A DNA stretch of 64,000 nt, from contig CAZNRY010000002.1 of assembly GCA_964575675.1 (NCBI GenBank), positions 2,187 to 66,186 on the forward strand. Direction: 5' to 3'. This DNA comes from an uncultured bacterium. Lineage in GTDB: Bacteria; Eisenbacteria; RBG-16-71-46; CAIMUX01; VGJL01. A program made the translations under genes and the position numbers. Positions 1 through 8,155 of the stretch are shown piece after piece; position 1 is the first letter of the stretch, and each line of letters starts with the position of its first letter. The notes under the pieces are model-generated. The model saw nothing but the letters and a program-made list of their open reading frames with translations. It did no database searches and was not told the DNA's origin.

Positions 1-555
1 CTGGAACGCATCCGCCATCCCTCTGGCGACTGCCTCGCCGGTCAGGATGTTCCCCTGCGCTGCGAAGTTCGGGCCCGCGAATCCTCCGGCCCACGCCATG
101 CACTCCTTGCCCGTGTAGGTCGCGCTTCGACCCGCGGCATCCACGAGGCCGAGCTGCCGGCGTTCGCGAAGGCTGTCGGCTCCGGTCAATGCGGCGACCG
201 TCTGTTCGGGGGAGAGGCCCCAGGCGAGGAGTTCGAGTCCGCGGGGACCATAGCTCGTGTTCCCGGCCGCTTGCGTGGCCACGGCGCCGATGCCTGCCTT
301 GGCCCAGGGCACGACGGAACCCACGCAGAAGAACTTCGACTGAACGATGACGCCGAGATCCCCGGTCTCGGGATCGAAGCCAACGCAGGAGAATGTCGCA
401 ATCGTCCCTCTCGGACCGCCTGAGGGGAGTGGGTCAAGCGGCGAGGCGGCCGCTCGGTCCGGCGCGAGGAGCGAGAGATTCGGACTGAGGCCGGGCGCGA
501 TCGCCGCGGCGACGATCGCAAGGACGAGTAGACTATGGGAGTTGAAGCGAGTCAT
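1..555 (-). CDS. DUF1028 (Ntn-hydrolase-like) family protein with N-terminal signal peptide. The gene is partial: its C-terminal end lies beyond the window start.
   Basis: Reverse translation from the ATG at 555-553 gives MTRFNSHSLLVLAIVAAAIAPGLS... followed by TFSCVGFDPETGDLGVIVQSKFFCVGSVVPWAKAGIGAVATQA, the characteristic DUF1028 N-terminal motif. This ORF is absent from the supplied track because it runs off the window. Its ATG overlaps the upstream gene's stop (ATGA). Confidence 0.6.
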   Translation of the reverse strand, partial: MTRFNSHSLLVLAIVAAAIAPGLSPNLSLLAPDRAAASPLDPLPSGGPRGTIATFSCVGFDPETGDLGVIVQSKFFCVGSVVPWAKAGIGAVATQAAGNTSYGPRGLELLAWGLSPEQTVAALTGADSLRERRQLGLVDAAGRSATYTGKECMAWAGGFAGPNFAAQGNILTGEAVARGMADAFQ

Positions 556-974
556 GGGCCGTTCCTCCCTTTTTTCGAGCTCATTCGTTTCATCACGGGG
601 GACGTGGGGTCGAACCCTCGGGGTCGCCATTGATAGCGCGCGAGGTCGAGGCGGCCCAGCGAATCGATTCGAATCCCCTCCCTGCGAAGGAGGACCATCT
701 GCAGGGATTCCTCGGCCCCGGGAAACATCCCGGACCGCAGCGAGATTCTCCCGATCGCGTTGACGACCCTGTGCCACGGAACGCTCGATCCCTCGGGGAG
801 GTGGTGGAGGGCATAGCCGGCGAGGCGAGGCTGCCCGGGCCGCCCAGCGAGCGCTACGATTTGGCCGTAGGTGGCGACCCTGCCGCGGGGGATACGGGCC
901 GCGACCGCCCAGATCCGGCGGTACAGCTCGGACGGTGGATTGGATCGAGTTCCCATCGCGGCACACGGTAGCAC
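552..974 (-). CDS. atl: Alkyltransferase-like (ATL) protein: O6-alkylguanine-DNA methyltransferase fold with Trp replacing the active-site Cys.
   Basis: MGMT DNA-binding domain motifs YRRIWAVAARIPRGRVATYGQIVALAG and VPWHRVVNAIGRIS (PWHR instead of PCHR). A 4-nt ATGA overlap couples it to the downstream DUF1028 gene. Confidence 0.65.
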   Translation of the reverse strand: MLPCAAMGTRSNPPSELYRRIWAVAARIPRGRVATYGQIVALAGRPGQPRLAGYALHHLPEGSSVPWHRVVNAIGRISLRSGMFPGAEESLQMVLLRREGIRIDSLGRLDLARYQWRPRGFDPTSPVMKRMSSKKGRNGP

Positions 975-1012
975 GGATGTGATACAAAGGAACCGGCCGC
1001 AGGGGAGGACCG

Positions 1013-1543
1013 ATGATGTTGGCTCGCTTCGAGGGGAAGTTCCCCCGGATCGGAGAGGGGAGCTATGTCCACCCGTCCGCCGATCTGTTCGGGGACGTCG
1101 AGATCGGACGGGGATGCTGGATCGGCCCAGGCGCGCGTCTTCGCGGAGACTACGGCTCGATCAGGATCGGCGACTGGACGAGCATCGAGGACAATTGCGT
1201 AGTCCACGCCCGCCCGGGCGAGATATGCAAGATCGGCAACTGGGTCACGGTCGGCCACGGGGCGATCATCCACAACGCCGCCAACATCGACGACTACGCT
1301 GTGATCGGAATGGGCGCAATCGTCTCCGACTGGGCCGTTGTTGGACGCTGGAGCGTCGTGGGCGAGGGGGCGGTCGTGCGTCAGCGACAGGAGGTCCCTG
1401 CAGGCCGAGTCGCCGTGGGCGTCCCGGCGCGGATTCTCGAGAAGGAGGTCGACGACGCCTACAGGGCCGAGTGGACCCGCTTCAAGGAGATTTACGTGGA
1501 CTTGGCCCGCCGCTACCCGGCCGGCTGGGCTCCGCTGGATTGA
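1013..1543 (+). CDS. Hexapeptide-repeat (left-handed beta-helix) protein, gamma-carbonic anhydrase/PaaY/CaiE-like.
   Basis: 176 aa with repeated [LIV]G-x-x-x-x-I hexapeptide units (GDVEIGRGCWIGPGARL, IGNWVTVGHGAIIH, IGMGAIVSDWAVVG) typical of the gamma-CA family. Confidence 0.7.
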   Translation: MMLARFEGKFPRIGEGSYVHPSADLFGDVEIGRGCWIGPGARLRGDYGSIRIGDWTSIEDNCVVHARPGEICKIGNWVTVGHGAIIHNAANIDDYAVIGMGAIVSDWAVVGRWSVVGEGAVVRQRQEVPAGRVAVGVPARILEKEVDDAYRAEWTRFKEIYVDLARRYPAGWAPLD

Positions 1544-1695
1544 TGTCGCGCCCCGCCGCGAGAAAGCGGTGCGAGCGTGGCGTTCGCCCCGTCGGGATCC
1601 GACCGCGCGTGCCGTGAGCTTCCCGCGGAGTGTTCAACGCCGCGGGGCTGCGTCCCTGCGCTATCCTGTATGGAAATCCACCGGCCGGGCCGCTC

Positions 1696-4014
1696 ATGGC
1701 GCCCGCCCTGAACCCGAGCGTTAGCTCCAGAAGGAGTTGCAAGTTGGTAATCGAATCGACCCCGGAATACGTTGCCGTGGTTTACGCGGCAATGGAGCGG
1801 AGGCTTCAGGTCGTGCGCAAGCGGCTCGGCCGGCCGCTCACCTTCGCCGAGAAGGTGCTGTTCGGACACCTCGATGACCCGCAGCGGCAGGATCTTCGTG
1901 CGGGCGAGAGCTATCTGATGCTGCGCCCGGATCGGGTCGCGATGCAGGATGCGACGGCGCAGATGGCGCTTCTTCAGTTCATGCAGGCCAACCGGCCGCG
2001 CGTCGCGGTGCCGACGACGGTCCACTGCGATCACCTGATCCAGGCCCGGCTCGGCTCCAAGTTGGACACGGCCTCCGCGCTGAAAGAGAACGAAGAGGTC
2101 TACGAGTTTCTGAAGTCCGTCTGCTCCAAGTACGGCATCGGGTTTTGGAAGGCGGGTGCGGGGATCATCCACCAGGTCGTGCTGGAGAACTACGCGTTCC
2201 CGGGAGGACTTCTGATCGGCACCGATTCCCACACGCCGAATGCCGGCGGGCTCGGGATGATCGCTTCGGGCGTGGGCGGCGCGGATGCCGTCGACGTCAT
2301 GGCTGGTTTCCCCTGGGAGGTGAAGTACCCGAAGCCGATCGGGATCCGTCTGACCGGGGAGCTGGGCGGGTGGACGGCGCCGAAGGACATTATCCTCAAG
2401 CTCTGCGGGATCCTGACCGTCAAGGGCGGCACCAACCGCATCCTGGAGTATTTCGGCCCCGGCGCCGCGGCGATCTCGTGCACCGGCAAGGCGACGATCA
2501 CGAACATGGGGGCCGAGCTCGGAGCCACCGGATCGATCTTCCCCTTCGACGAGACGATGGACCGCTTCCTGCGTGGAACGGAGCGGGCAGCGCTTGCGGC
2601 GCTCGCTGCGAGCCATCGCGGCCTCTTGTTGGCCGACCCGGAGGTGGAGGCCACTCCCGAGCGCTTCTTCGAAAAGGTGATCGAGATAGACCTTTCGACG
2701 CTCGAGCCGCAGATCGTCGGCCCCCACACCCCCGATCTGGCTCGGGGGATTTCGGAGCTCGCGGCCGAGGTGAAGGAGAAGGGCTACACGGAGAAGATAT
2801 CGGTCGCGCTCCTCGGCTCCTGCACGAACTCCTCCTACGAGGATATCGGGCGTGCGGCGGACATAGCTGGCCAGGCGAAGCGGGCGGGGTTGAAGATGGC
2901 GAGCCCGTTTCTCGTCACCCCAGGGAGCGAGCAGATCCGCGCGACGATCGAGCGGGACGGGCAGCTCGCGGCCCTGGAGGAGATCGGGGGGACCGTCTTG
3001 GCCAACGCCTGCGGCCCGTGCATCGGACAATGGCGTCGGGATGATCTTCGCAAGGGCGAGTCGAATACGATCGTCACCTCCTTCAACCGCAACTTCCCGC
3101 GGAGAAACGACGGCAATGCGGAGACCTTGGCCTTCATCGGAAGTCCCGAGATGGTGATCGCCCTGGGCTTGGCCGGCCGGTTGACGTTCAACCCGGTGAG
3201 CGACACCCTGACGGCCCCCGACGGGAGGCGAATCAAGCTCAACCCGCCGTCCAAGGCGCCCGATCTTCCGGCGGGCGGCTTCGTGCGCGATGAAGATGGA
3301 TACGTCCCGCCGGCAGCAGACGGGAGCGCCATCGCCATTTCGATCGCCCCCGGGAGCGAGAGGCTCCAACTCCTCGAGCCTTTTCCGGCTTGGGACGGGC
3401 GGGACGCGATCGAGCTTCCGATTCTGCTGAAGGCGAAGGGAAAGTGCACGACCGACCACATCTCACCGGCGGGTCCCTGGCTCCGCTTCCGCGGACACAT
3501 CGATCGGGTAAGCGACAACATGTTCATCGGTGCGACAAACGCTTACACGGGGGAGGTTGGGCACGGTCGCAATCTCATGACCGGGCGAACCGGCGAACCC
3601 TTCCCGGCAATCGCGCGCGACTACAAGGCGCGAGGCGTCGGCTGGGTCGCGGTTGGAGACGAGAACTACGGGGAAGGGAGCAGCCGCGAACACGCGGCCA
3701 TGTCTCCCCGTTTCCTTGGTGCGGCTGCCGTGATCGTTCGATCTTTCGCGCGCATCCACGAGTCCAATCTGAAAAAGCAGGGAGTGCTCCCGCTGACGTT
3801 CACCGATCCGGCAGACTACGAGAAGGTCCGCGAGGGTGACAGGCTGAGCCTGCTTGGTCTCGCTTCCCTTGCGCCCGGCGTTGACGTGAAGGGGCGTCTG
3901 CGCCACGAGGATGGGTCATCGGAAGATCTCCACCTGCGACACACGTTGAACGAGGAGCAGATCGGCTGGTTTCGGGCCGGGGGGGCCCTGAACGGCCTGA
4001 GAAAGTTGTCGTAG
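1696..4014 (+). CDS. acn: Aconitate hydratase, mitochondrial-type (AcnA/ACO2-like).
   Basis: Near-identical blocks to eukaryotic/mito-type aconitase: RPLTFAEKVLFGHLDDP, LRPDRVAMQDATAQMALLQF, VPTTVHCDHLIQA, and the Cys ligands SCTNSSYEDIG and NACGPCIGQW. The start is uncertain: the track ORF begins at 1630, and in-frame ATGs occur at 1696 and 1792. Confidence 0.85.
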   Translation: MAPALNPSVSSRRSCKLVIESTPEYVAVVYAAMERRLQVVRKRLGRPLTFAEKVLFGHLDDPQRQDLRAGESYLMLRPDRVAMQDATAQMALLQFMQANRPRVAVPTTVHCDHLIQARLGSKLDTASALKENEEVYEFLKSVCSKYGIGFWKAGAGIIHQVVLENYAFPGGLLIGTDSHTPNAGGLGMIASGVGGADAVDVMAGFPWEVKYPKPIGIRLTGELGGWTAPKDIILKLCGILTVKGGTNRILEYFGPGAAAISCTGKATITNMGAELGATGSIFPFDETMDRFLRGTERAALAALAASHRGLLLADPEVEATPERFFEKVIEIDLSTLEPQIVGPHTPDLARGISELAAEVKEKGYTEKISVALLGSCTNSSYEDIGRAADIAGQAKRAGLKMASPFLVTPGSEQIRATIERDGQLAALEEIGGTVLANACGPCIGQWRRDDLRKGESNTIVTSFNRNFPRRNDGNAETLAFIGSPEMVIALGLAGRLTFNPVSDTLTAPDGRRIKLNPPSKAPDLPAGGFVRDEDGYVPPAADGSAIAISIAPGSERLQLLEPFPAWDGRDAIELPILLKAKGKCTTDHISPAGPWLRFRGHIDRVSDNMFIGATNAYTGEVGHGRNLMTGRTGEPFPAIARDYKARGVGWVAVGDENYGEGSSREHAAMSPRFLGAAAVIVRSFARIHESNLKKQGVLPLTFTDPADYEKVREGDRLSLLGLASLAPGVDVKGRLRHEDGSSEDLHLRHTLNEEQIGWFRAGGALNGLRKLS

Positions 4015-4190
4015 CGCGGCCGCCGAGGCATGATCGGGGGTCGAAGGCCGGAGCGTTCCGCGTGCCGGCCGCCGGTCGCCCCGGACAATTGCATTTGCTT
4101 GCGGTAGAAGAAGTTCCCTCTTCCCACCGGGACCGAGACTTGATAGCATCCTCAACAACATGTGGTCCTGGGGCAAAATGGGGAGGAACG

Positions 4191-4940
4191 ATGAGATCGT
4201 ACGCTATAGCAAACATTAAGGGCGGTTCGGGCAAGACGACGGTCGCGGTCAATTTGGCTGCCGGGCTGGCCCTTTCGGGGCGCAGAGTCGTCCTCTTTGA
4301 TCTGGATCCTCAGGGTTCGAGCAGTTTCCATCTTCTGTCGCAGGCGACGAATGGCAACCTGGCTGATGCGCTGGCGAGCGAGAAGAAGCTCCAGGATGTT
4401 CTGCTCGGCACGAAGGTCGGCGGTCTCGCGATCGCGCCGGGGAGCCGGATGCTCGCCCCCTTCGACAACGGCGGCCATCCGACGAAGGACCGGCTCGGGC
4501 AGCTGCTCACACAGATTCCGGCGGATGTGGACTACGTCTTTTTCGATACGCCCCCGACTTGGGGTTCGTTGCTGATCGCGAGCCTTTCGAGCGTCGACGG
4601 CGTCCTGATCCCCGTTACGACCCGCGAGTTGGACGTGCAGATCCTCGGGCTCTTGATGGACGTGATCGAGCAGGTCCAGCGCCACCGCAATCCCCGCCTT
4701 GCGGTGTCGGGCATCATCCCGAACCGCATCGTCCGCACACGGTTGAGCGCGAGGATGGAGGAGACGCTTCGCCAAACGTACGGGGCGGCGATTCTGCCAA
4801 CGATCCGAGAGAACGCCCGACTTGCGGAAGCCGCCGGTTTCCACGCGCCGATCCAGATCACCGCGCCAACCAGCAGCGGCGCCGAGGATTTCGGCGAGTT
4901 GACGCGGGTGTTCCTCGAGCGGGAAGAGCGCTCGAACTGA
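4191..4940 (+). CDS. ParA/MinD-family P-loop ATPase; orphan, with no parB nearby.
   Basis: Deviant Walker A motif ANIKGGSGKTT, then DLDPQGS. GGAGG lies 6 nt upstream of the ATG at 4191. The N-terminal extension in the track (from 4062) has no RBS support. Confidence 0.8.
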   Translation: MRSYAIANIKGGSGKTTVAVNLAAGLALSGRRVVLFDLDPQGSSSFHLLSQATNGNLADALASEKKLQDVLLGTKVGGLAIAPGSRMLAPFDNGGHPTKDRLGQLLTQIPADVDYVFFDTPPTWGSLLIASLSSVDGVLIPVTTRELDVQILGLLMDVIEQVQRHRNPRLAVSGIIPNRIVRTRLSARMEETLRQTYGAAILPTIRENARLAEAAGFHAPIQITAPTSSGAEDFGELTRVFLEREERSN

Positions 4941-4968
4941 CCCCGATCCGCGCTGGATGGGTGCGAGA

Positions 4969-5000
4969 AACGGCGGGTTCGGTAGCGAACCCGCCGTTTT
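4969..5000 (+). terminator. Rho-independent terminator downstream of the parA-like gene.
   Basis: Perfect 13-bp stem AACGGCGGGTTCG / CGAACCCGCCGTT with loop GTAG, followed by TTTTG. Confidence 0.75.
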
Positions 5001-5043
5001 GCGATTGCATCCGGCCAGCCTCCGCGTTGAAAATAGAAGGTTA

Positions 5044-5059
5044 GACTGACCGGTCAGTC
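5044..5059. promoter_or_regulatory. Perfect 16-bp palindrome GACTGACCGGTCAGTC. It is a candidate operator immediately upstream of the heme operon.
   Basis: Seen directly in the sequence. It lies ~20-40 nt upstream of the first heme-operon start (5078/5099) and the RBS AAGGAGGG. Its size and symmetry are typical of a TetR-family operator. Confidence 0.45.
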
Positions 5060-5077
5060 AGATCGGTCAAGGAGGGA

Positions 5078-5956
5078 TTGAATGGGCCGGCCAGCTCCAT
5101 GAACTACCTTCTCCCCGTGCTCCGCTGCGCGGTGCCGAGCCTCTATTTTCTGACCCTTGTCCTTTACGGTCTGCGTTTCCTCGGAAGGGGGGAGCGGTGC
5201 GCGCGTCTAGCGCGGCCCGCTTTCTGCACGGTGCTTGGCCTTCACGCATTCTTCCTGGCGACGTTTGTCGCCGTGCATCGACGGATCCCGCTCGCAGCGG
5301 CGCCGGAGATCCTGACGGTCATCGCTTTCACGACGGCGCTGGCCTACTTCTACGTCGAGACCCGGACCGGCGATCTCTCGACGGGGTTCTTCCTGCTCGG
5401 ATTCTCCACGCTCCTCCAGTTCGCCGCTTCGGGGAGGATCGCCCTGGATCTCGAGGTTCCGCCCCTGCTGCGCGATCCAATGTTCGGCCTCCACACCGGC
5501 ATGGCGATTCTCGGCTACTCGGCCTTCGCGGTGTCGGCCATTTATGGATTCCTCTTCCTCCTGCTGTATCACGATTTGAAGTCGACCCGCTTCGGGTTGA
5601 TCTACCGGCGGCTTCCCCCGCTGGACATCCTGGGAGGGATGAACATCCGGGCGGCGGTTTTTGGGCTCGCGTCGCTCACCGTGGCGATCGGCTCCGGGGT
5701 CATATGGGCGGAGAAGCTCCATCCCGGTTTCGTTCGCGACCCGATGTTCCTCCTGACGCTTCTCGTCTGGTTGATTTACGCCGTCTGTGTTTTCGCATAC
5801 TACCGGCTCGGTTGGAGGGGAAAGCGGGCGATCTACCTCTCGATTTCCGGATTCGTATTGATGGGTCTGGCGCTGATCGGCGTGAGCGGGTTCCTCAACT
5901 CGTTCCACCATTTCGCGGACATCGTGGCGCCATGGAACTCGTCGTCGTCGGTCTGA
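5078..5956 (+). CDS. hemX: CcsA/ResC-like cytochrome c assembly (heme-handling) membrane protein, HemX-like.
   Basis: Polytopic membrane protein (8 predicted TM segments). Its position directly upstream of and overlapping hemA matches the hemAXCDBL arrangement. The start is uncertain (TTG 5078 or ATG 5099). Confidence 0.6.
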   Translation: MNGPASSMNYLLPVLRCAVPSLYFLTLVLYGLRFLGRGERCARLARPAFCTVLGLHAFFLATFVAVHRRIPLAAAPEILTVIAFTTALAYFYVETRTGDLSTGFFLLGFSTLLQFAASGRIALDLEVPPLLRDPMFGLHTGMAILGYSAFAVSAIYGFLFLLLYHDLKSTRFGLIYRRLPPLDILGGMNIRAAVFGLASLTVAIGSGVIWAEKLHPGFVRDPMFLLTLLVWLIYAVCVFAYYRLGWRGKRAIYLSISGFVLMGLALIGVSGFLNSFHHFADIVAPWNSSSSV

Positions 5957-7212
5957 GCCACAAGACGGCCCCGCTCGATCTGCGGGAGCGACTGGCCTTC
6001 ACGCCGGGCGAGGCCGAGGAGTCCCTCCGCGCGGCGGATGCGGTCGCGGAGATGTCGGAGCGCCTGCTTCTGTCGACCTGCAACCGCACCGAGTTGTACT
6101 CGCTGGCCGAGACGACGGAGAAAGGGAAGGAGACCTTCCTCAACCTCGTTCAAGTCCGCCGTGGCATCGAACCATCGGAGCTCGACGGCTTGGTCTACGT
6201 GATGAACGGGCGCGAGATGGTTGCCCACCTCTTCCGGGTCGCGGGTTCGGTGGATTCGATGGTCCTTGGGGAAGCACAGATCCTCGGCCAGGTGCACGAT
6301 GCCTTCGAGATCGCCCGCCGGGCGGGAACGACCGGCCCCCTCATGCACAAGCTTCTCGATGCAGCCTTCCGGGTTGGGAAGCGGGTTCGCACGGAAACCG
6401 AGATCGGGAGCGGTGCGGTCTCGGTCAGTTCGGCCGCGGTCAATCTGGCCGCGAAGATCTTCTCCGACATGCCGGAGCGGGTAGCCCTTCTCATCGGATC
6501 GGGAGAGACCGGAGAGCTTGCGGCCCGCCACCTGAAGGAGCAAGGCATCGGGCGGCTCCTCGTCGCAAACCGCACGCCCGAGCGTGCGGCCGTGCTGGCG
6601 AAGGAACTGGGCGGCGAGGCCGTTTCGTTCGAAGATCTGGAGAGTGCGCTCGGGCGAGCGAGCATTCTGGTCTCGGCGACCTCATCGCCGGTTCCCCTCG
6701 TTCGGTACGAGATGGTCCGGCGCGTCGTCTCGGGGCGCGGGAATCGCCCCCTGCTGATCCTGGACATCGCGGTGCCGCGCGACGTGGAGCCCTCAATCGG
6801 CGACCTTCAGAATGTCTTCCTCTATGACATCGATGCGCTCCAGGGATTGGTCAACCAGAACCTCGAGCGCAGAAAGCGCGAAATCCCCAAGGTCGAAGGG
6901 ATCATCCAGCACGAGTTGGAGCAGTTTCTGAGATGGTACGGATCCCTCGATGCGACGCCGGTCATCCGAGAGCTTCGCGACCGGTTCGAGACAATTCGCG
7001 CGGAGGAGGTCGATCGGCACGCCGGGAAGTTCTGTGAGAAAGACCGCGAGCAGATCGAGGCGCTCACGCGGTCGATCGTCAACAAACTGCTCCACGAGCC
7101 CAGCGTGGCGATCCGCCACCTGCACAAGCACGGGGGAGGGGGGGCGACCCGGCTCGAAATCGTACGCAAGCTCTTCGGCCTGGGGGGGGACGAACCGGAT
7201 GGCAGCGCTTAA
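5932..7212 (+). CDS. hemA: Glutamyl-tRNA reductase.
   Basis: MELVVVGLSHKTAPLDLRERLAF..., LLSTCNRTELY, and the NAD-binding GSGETGELAARHL. The track ORF 5197..7212 is an upstream artefact extension. Confidence 0.9.
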   Translation: MELVVVGLSHKTAPLDLRERLAFTPGEAEESLRAADAVAEMSERLLLSTCNRTELYSLAETTEKGKETFLNLVQVRRGIEPSELDGLVYVMNGREMVAHLFRVAGSVDSMVLGEAQILGQVHDAFEIARRAGTTGPLMHKLLDAAFRVGKRVRTETEIGSGAVSVSSAAVNLAAKIFSDMPERVALLIGSGETGELAARHLKEQGIGRLLVANRTPERAAVLAKELGGEAVSFEDLESALGRASILVSATSSPVPLVRYEMVRRVVSGRGNRPLLILDIAVPRDVEPSIGDLQNVFLYDIDALQGLVNQNLERRKREIPKVEGIIQHELEQFLRWYGSLDATPVIRELRDRFETIRAEEVDRHAGKFCEKDREQIEALTRSIVNKLLHEPSVAIRHLHKHGGGGATRLEIVRKLFGLGGDEPDGSA

Positions 7213-8155
7213 GCTCGGCACGCGGGGAAGCGACCTCGCGCGTTGGCAGACGGATCACGTCGCGGGGCTCCTGCGGAGAGCACGCCCAGGCATCGAGTTG
7301 GAAATCGTCGTCATCACGACCACCGGGGATCGCGTCCTCGATTCGCCCCTCGCCAAGATCGGCGGGAAGGGGCTCTTCACGAAGGAGATCGAGGAGGCTC
7401 TTCTCGATCGGAGAATCGACCTCGCCGTCCACAGTCTGAAGGACCTTCCGACGCTTTTGCAGGACGGGTTGATCTTGGGTGCTGTCCTGTCGCGGACCGA
7501 CCCGCGGGATGTCTGGATCTCCCGTTCGGGGAAGAAGCTCCTCGAGATGCCGCCCGCCGCGAGGATCGGCACCTCCAGTCTTCGCCGCAAGGCGCAGCTC
7601 TTGAGCGCGCGGGCAGACCTCAGAATCGAATCCCTCCGCGGGAATGTGCCGACGCGGCTGAAGAAGGCGCTTGCGGGCGAGCTCGACGCGATCGTCCTCG
7701 CTCGGGCGGGGGTGGAGCGGCTCGGGTTCCTTTCGCACGTGACCGAGGTCCTCTCGAGCGATCTGATGCTCCCGGCGCCCGGACAGGGTGCGCTGGGGAT
7801 CGAGACTCGCGAGGGGGACGACGGGACCCGCTCGCTTCTCGCCGCCCTGGATGATCCCTCGGCAAGGTCGTCTACGACCGCCGAGCGCTCGTTTCTCCAG
7901 GCCCTGGGGGGAGGGTGCCAGGTTCCGATCGGGGCACTCGCGCGGCCGCCGCATGAGGGATCGATGTCTCTTCTGCTCGAGGGGATGGTCGCCGATCCGG
8001 GCGGGATGCGCGTGCTCCGCGGTTCGCAGACTGGACCAGCCGATCGCGCGTACGACCTCGGTGAGCTCCTTGCCCGACAGCTCATCGAACAGGGCGCGGG
8101 GGAGATCCTCGCCGCGCTGGGCGAGGGCGGCGCGGCGCCGCAAGCGACCTCGTGA
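7199..8155 (+). CDS. hemC: Hydroxymethylbilane synthase (porphobilinogen deaminase).
   Basis: MAALKLGTRGSDLARWQTDHV..., GGKGLFTKEIEEALL, DLAVHSLKDLPT. Overlaps the hemA stop. Confidence 0.9.
   Translation: MAALKLGTRGSDLARWQTDHVAGLLRRARPGIELEIVVITTTGDRVLDSPLAKIGGKGLFTKEIEEALLDRRIDLAVHSLKDLPTLLQDGLILGAVLSRTDPRDVWISRSGKKLLEMPPAARIGTSSLRRKAQLLSARADLRIESLRGNVPTRLKKALAGELDAIVLARAGVERLGFLSHVTEVLSSDLMLPAPGQGALGIETREGDDGTRSLLAALDDPSARSSTTAERSFLQALGGGCQVPIGALARPPHEGSMSLLLEGMVADPGGMRVLRGSQTGPADRAYDLGELLARQLIEQGAGEILAALGEGGAAPQATS

Noticed and set aside
1513-3459. 648-aa minus-strand ORF antisense to aconitase, and similar long antisense ORFs throughout (for example 12681..14594, 14362..15282, 34757..36214, 45392..47122, 48656..50671, 60590..62248).
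   Set aside because: R/P/G/A-rich low-complexity translations lying opposite well-supported conserved genes are the typical open antisense frames of a ~70% GC genome, not genes.
5027-5055. Attempt to define a sigma70 promoter for the heme operon around TTGAAA (5027-5032).
   Set aside because: No acceptable -10 hexamer at 16-18 nt spacing (the region is occupied by the GACTGACCGGTCAGTC palindrome). The promoter call was left out; only the palindrome is reported.
5197-5931. Long N-terminal extensions in track ORFs (5197..7212, 6950..8155, 9093..10664, 9530..11980, 11893..13017, 15342..16811, 59640..60605, 60020..62173).
   Set aside because: The extensions are R/G-rich read-through of the upstream gene in another frame. 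The conserved N-termini, RBSs and stop/start overlaps place the real starts downstream.
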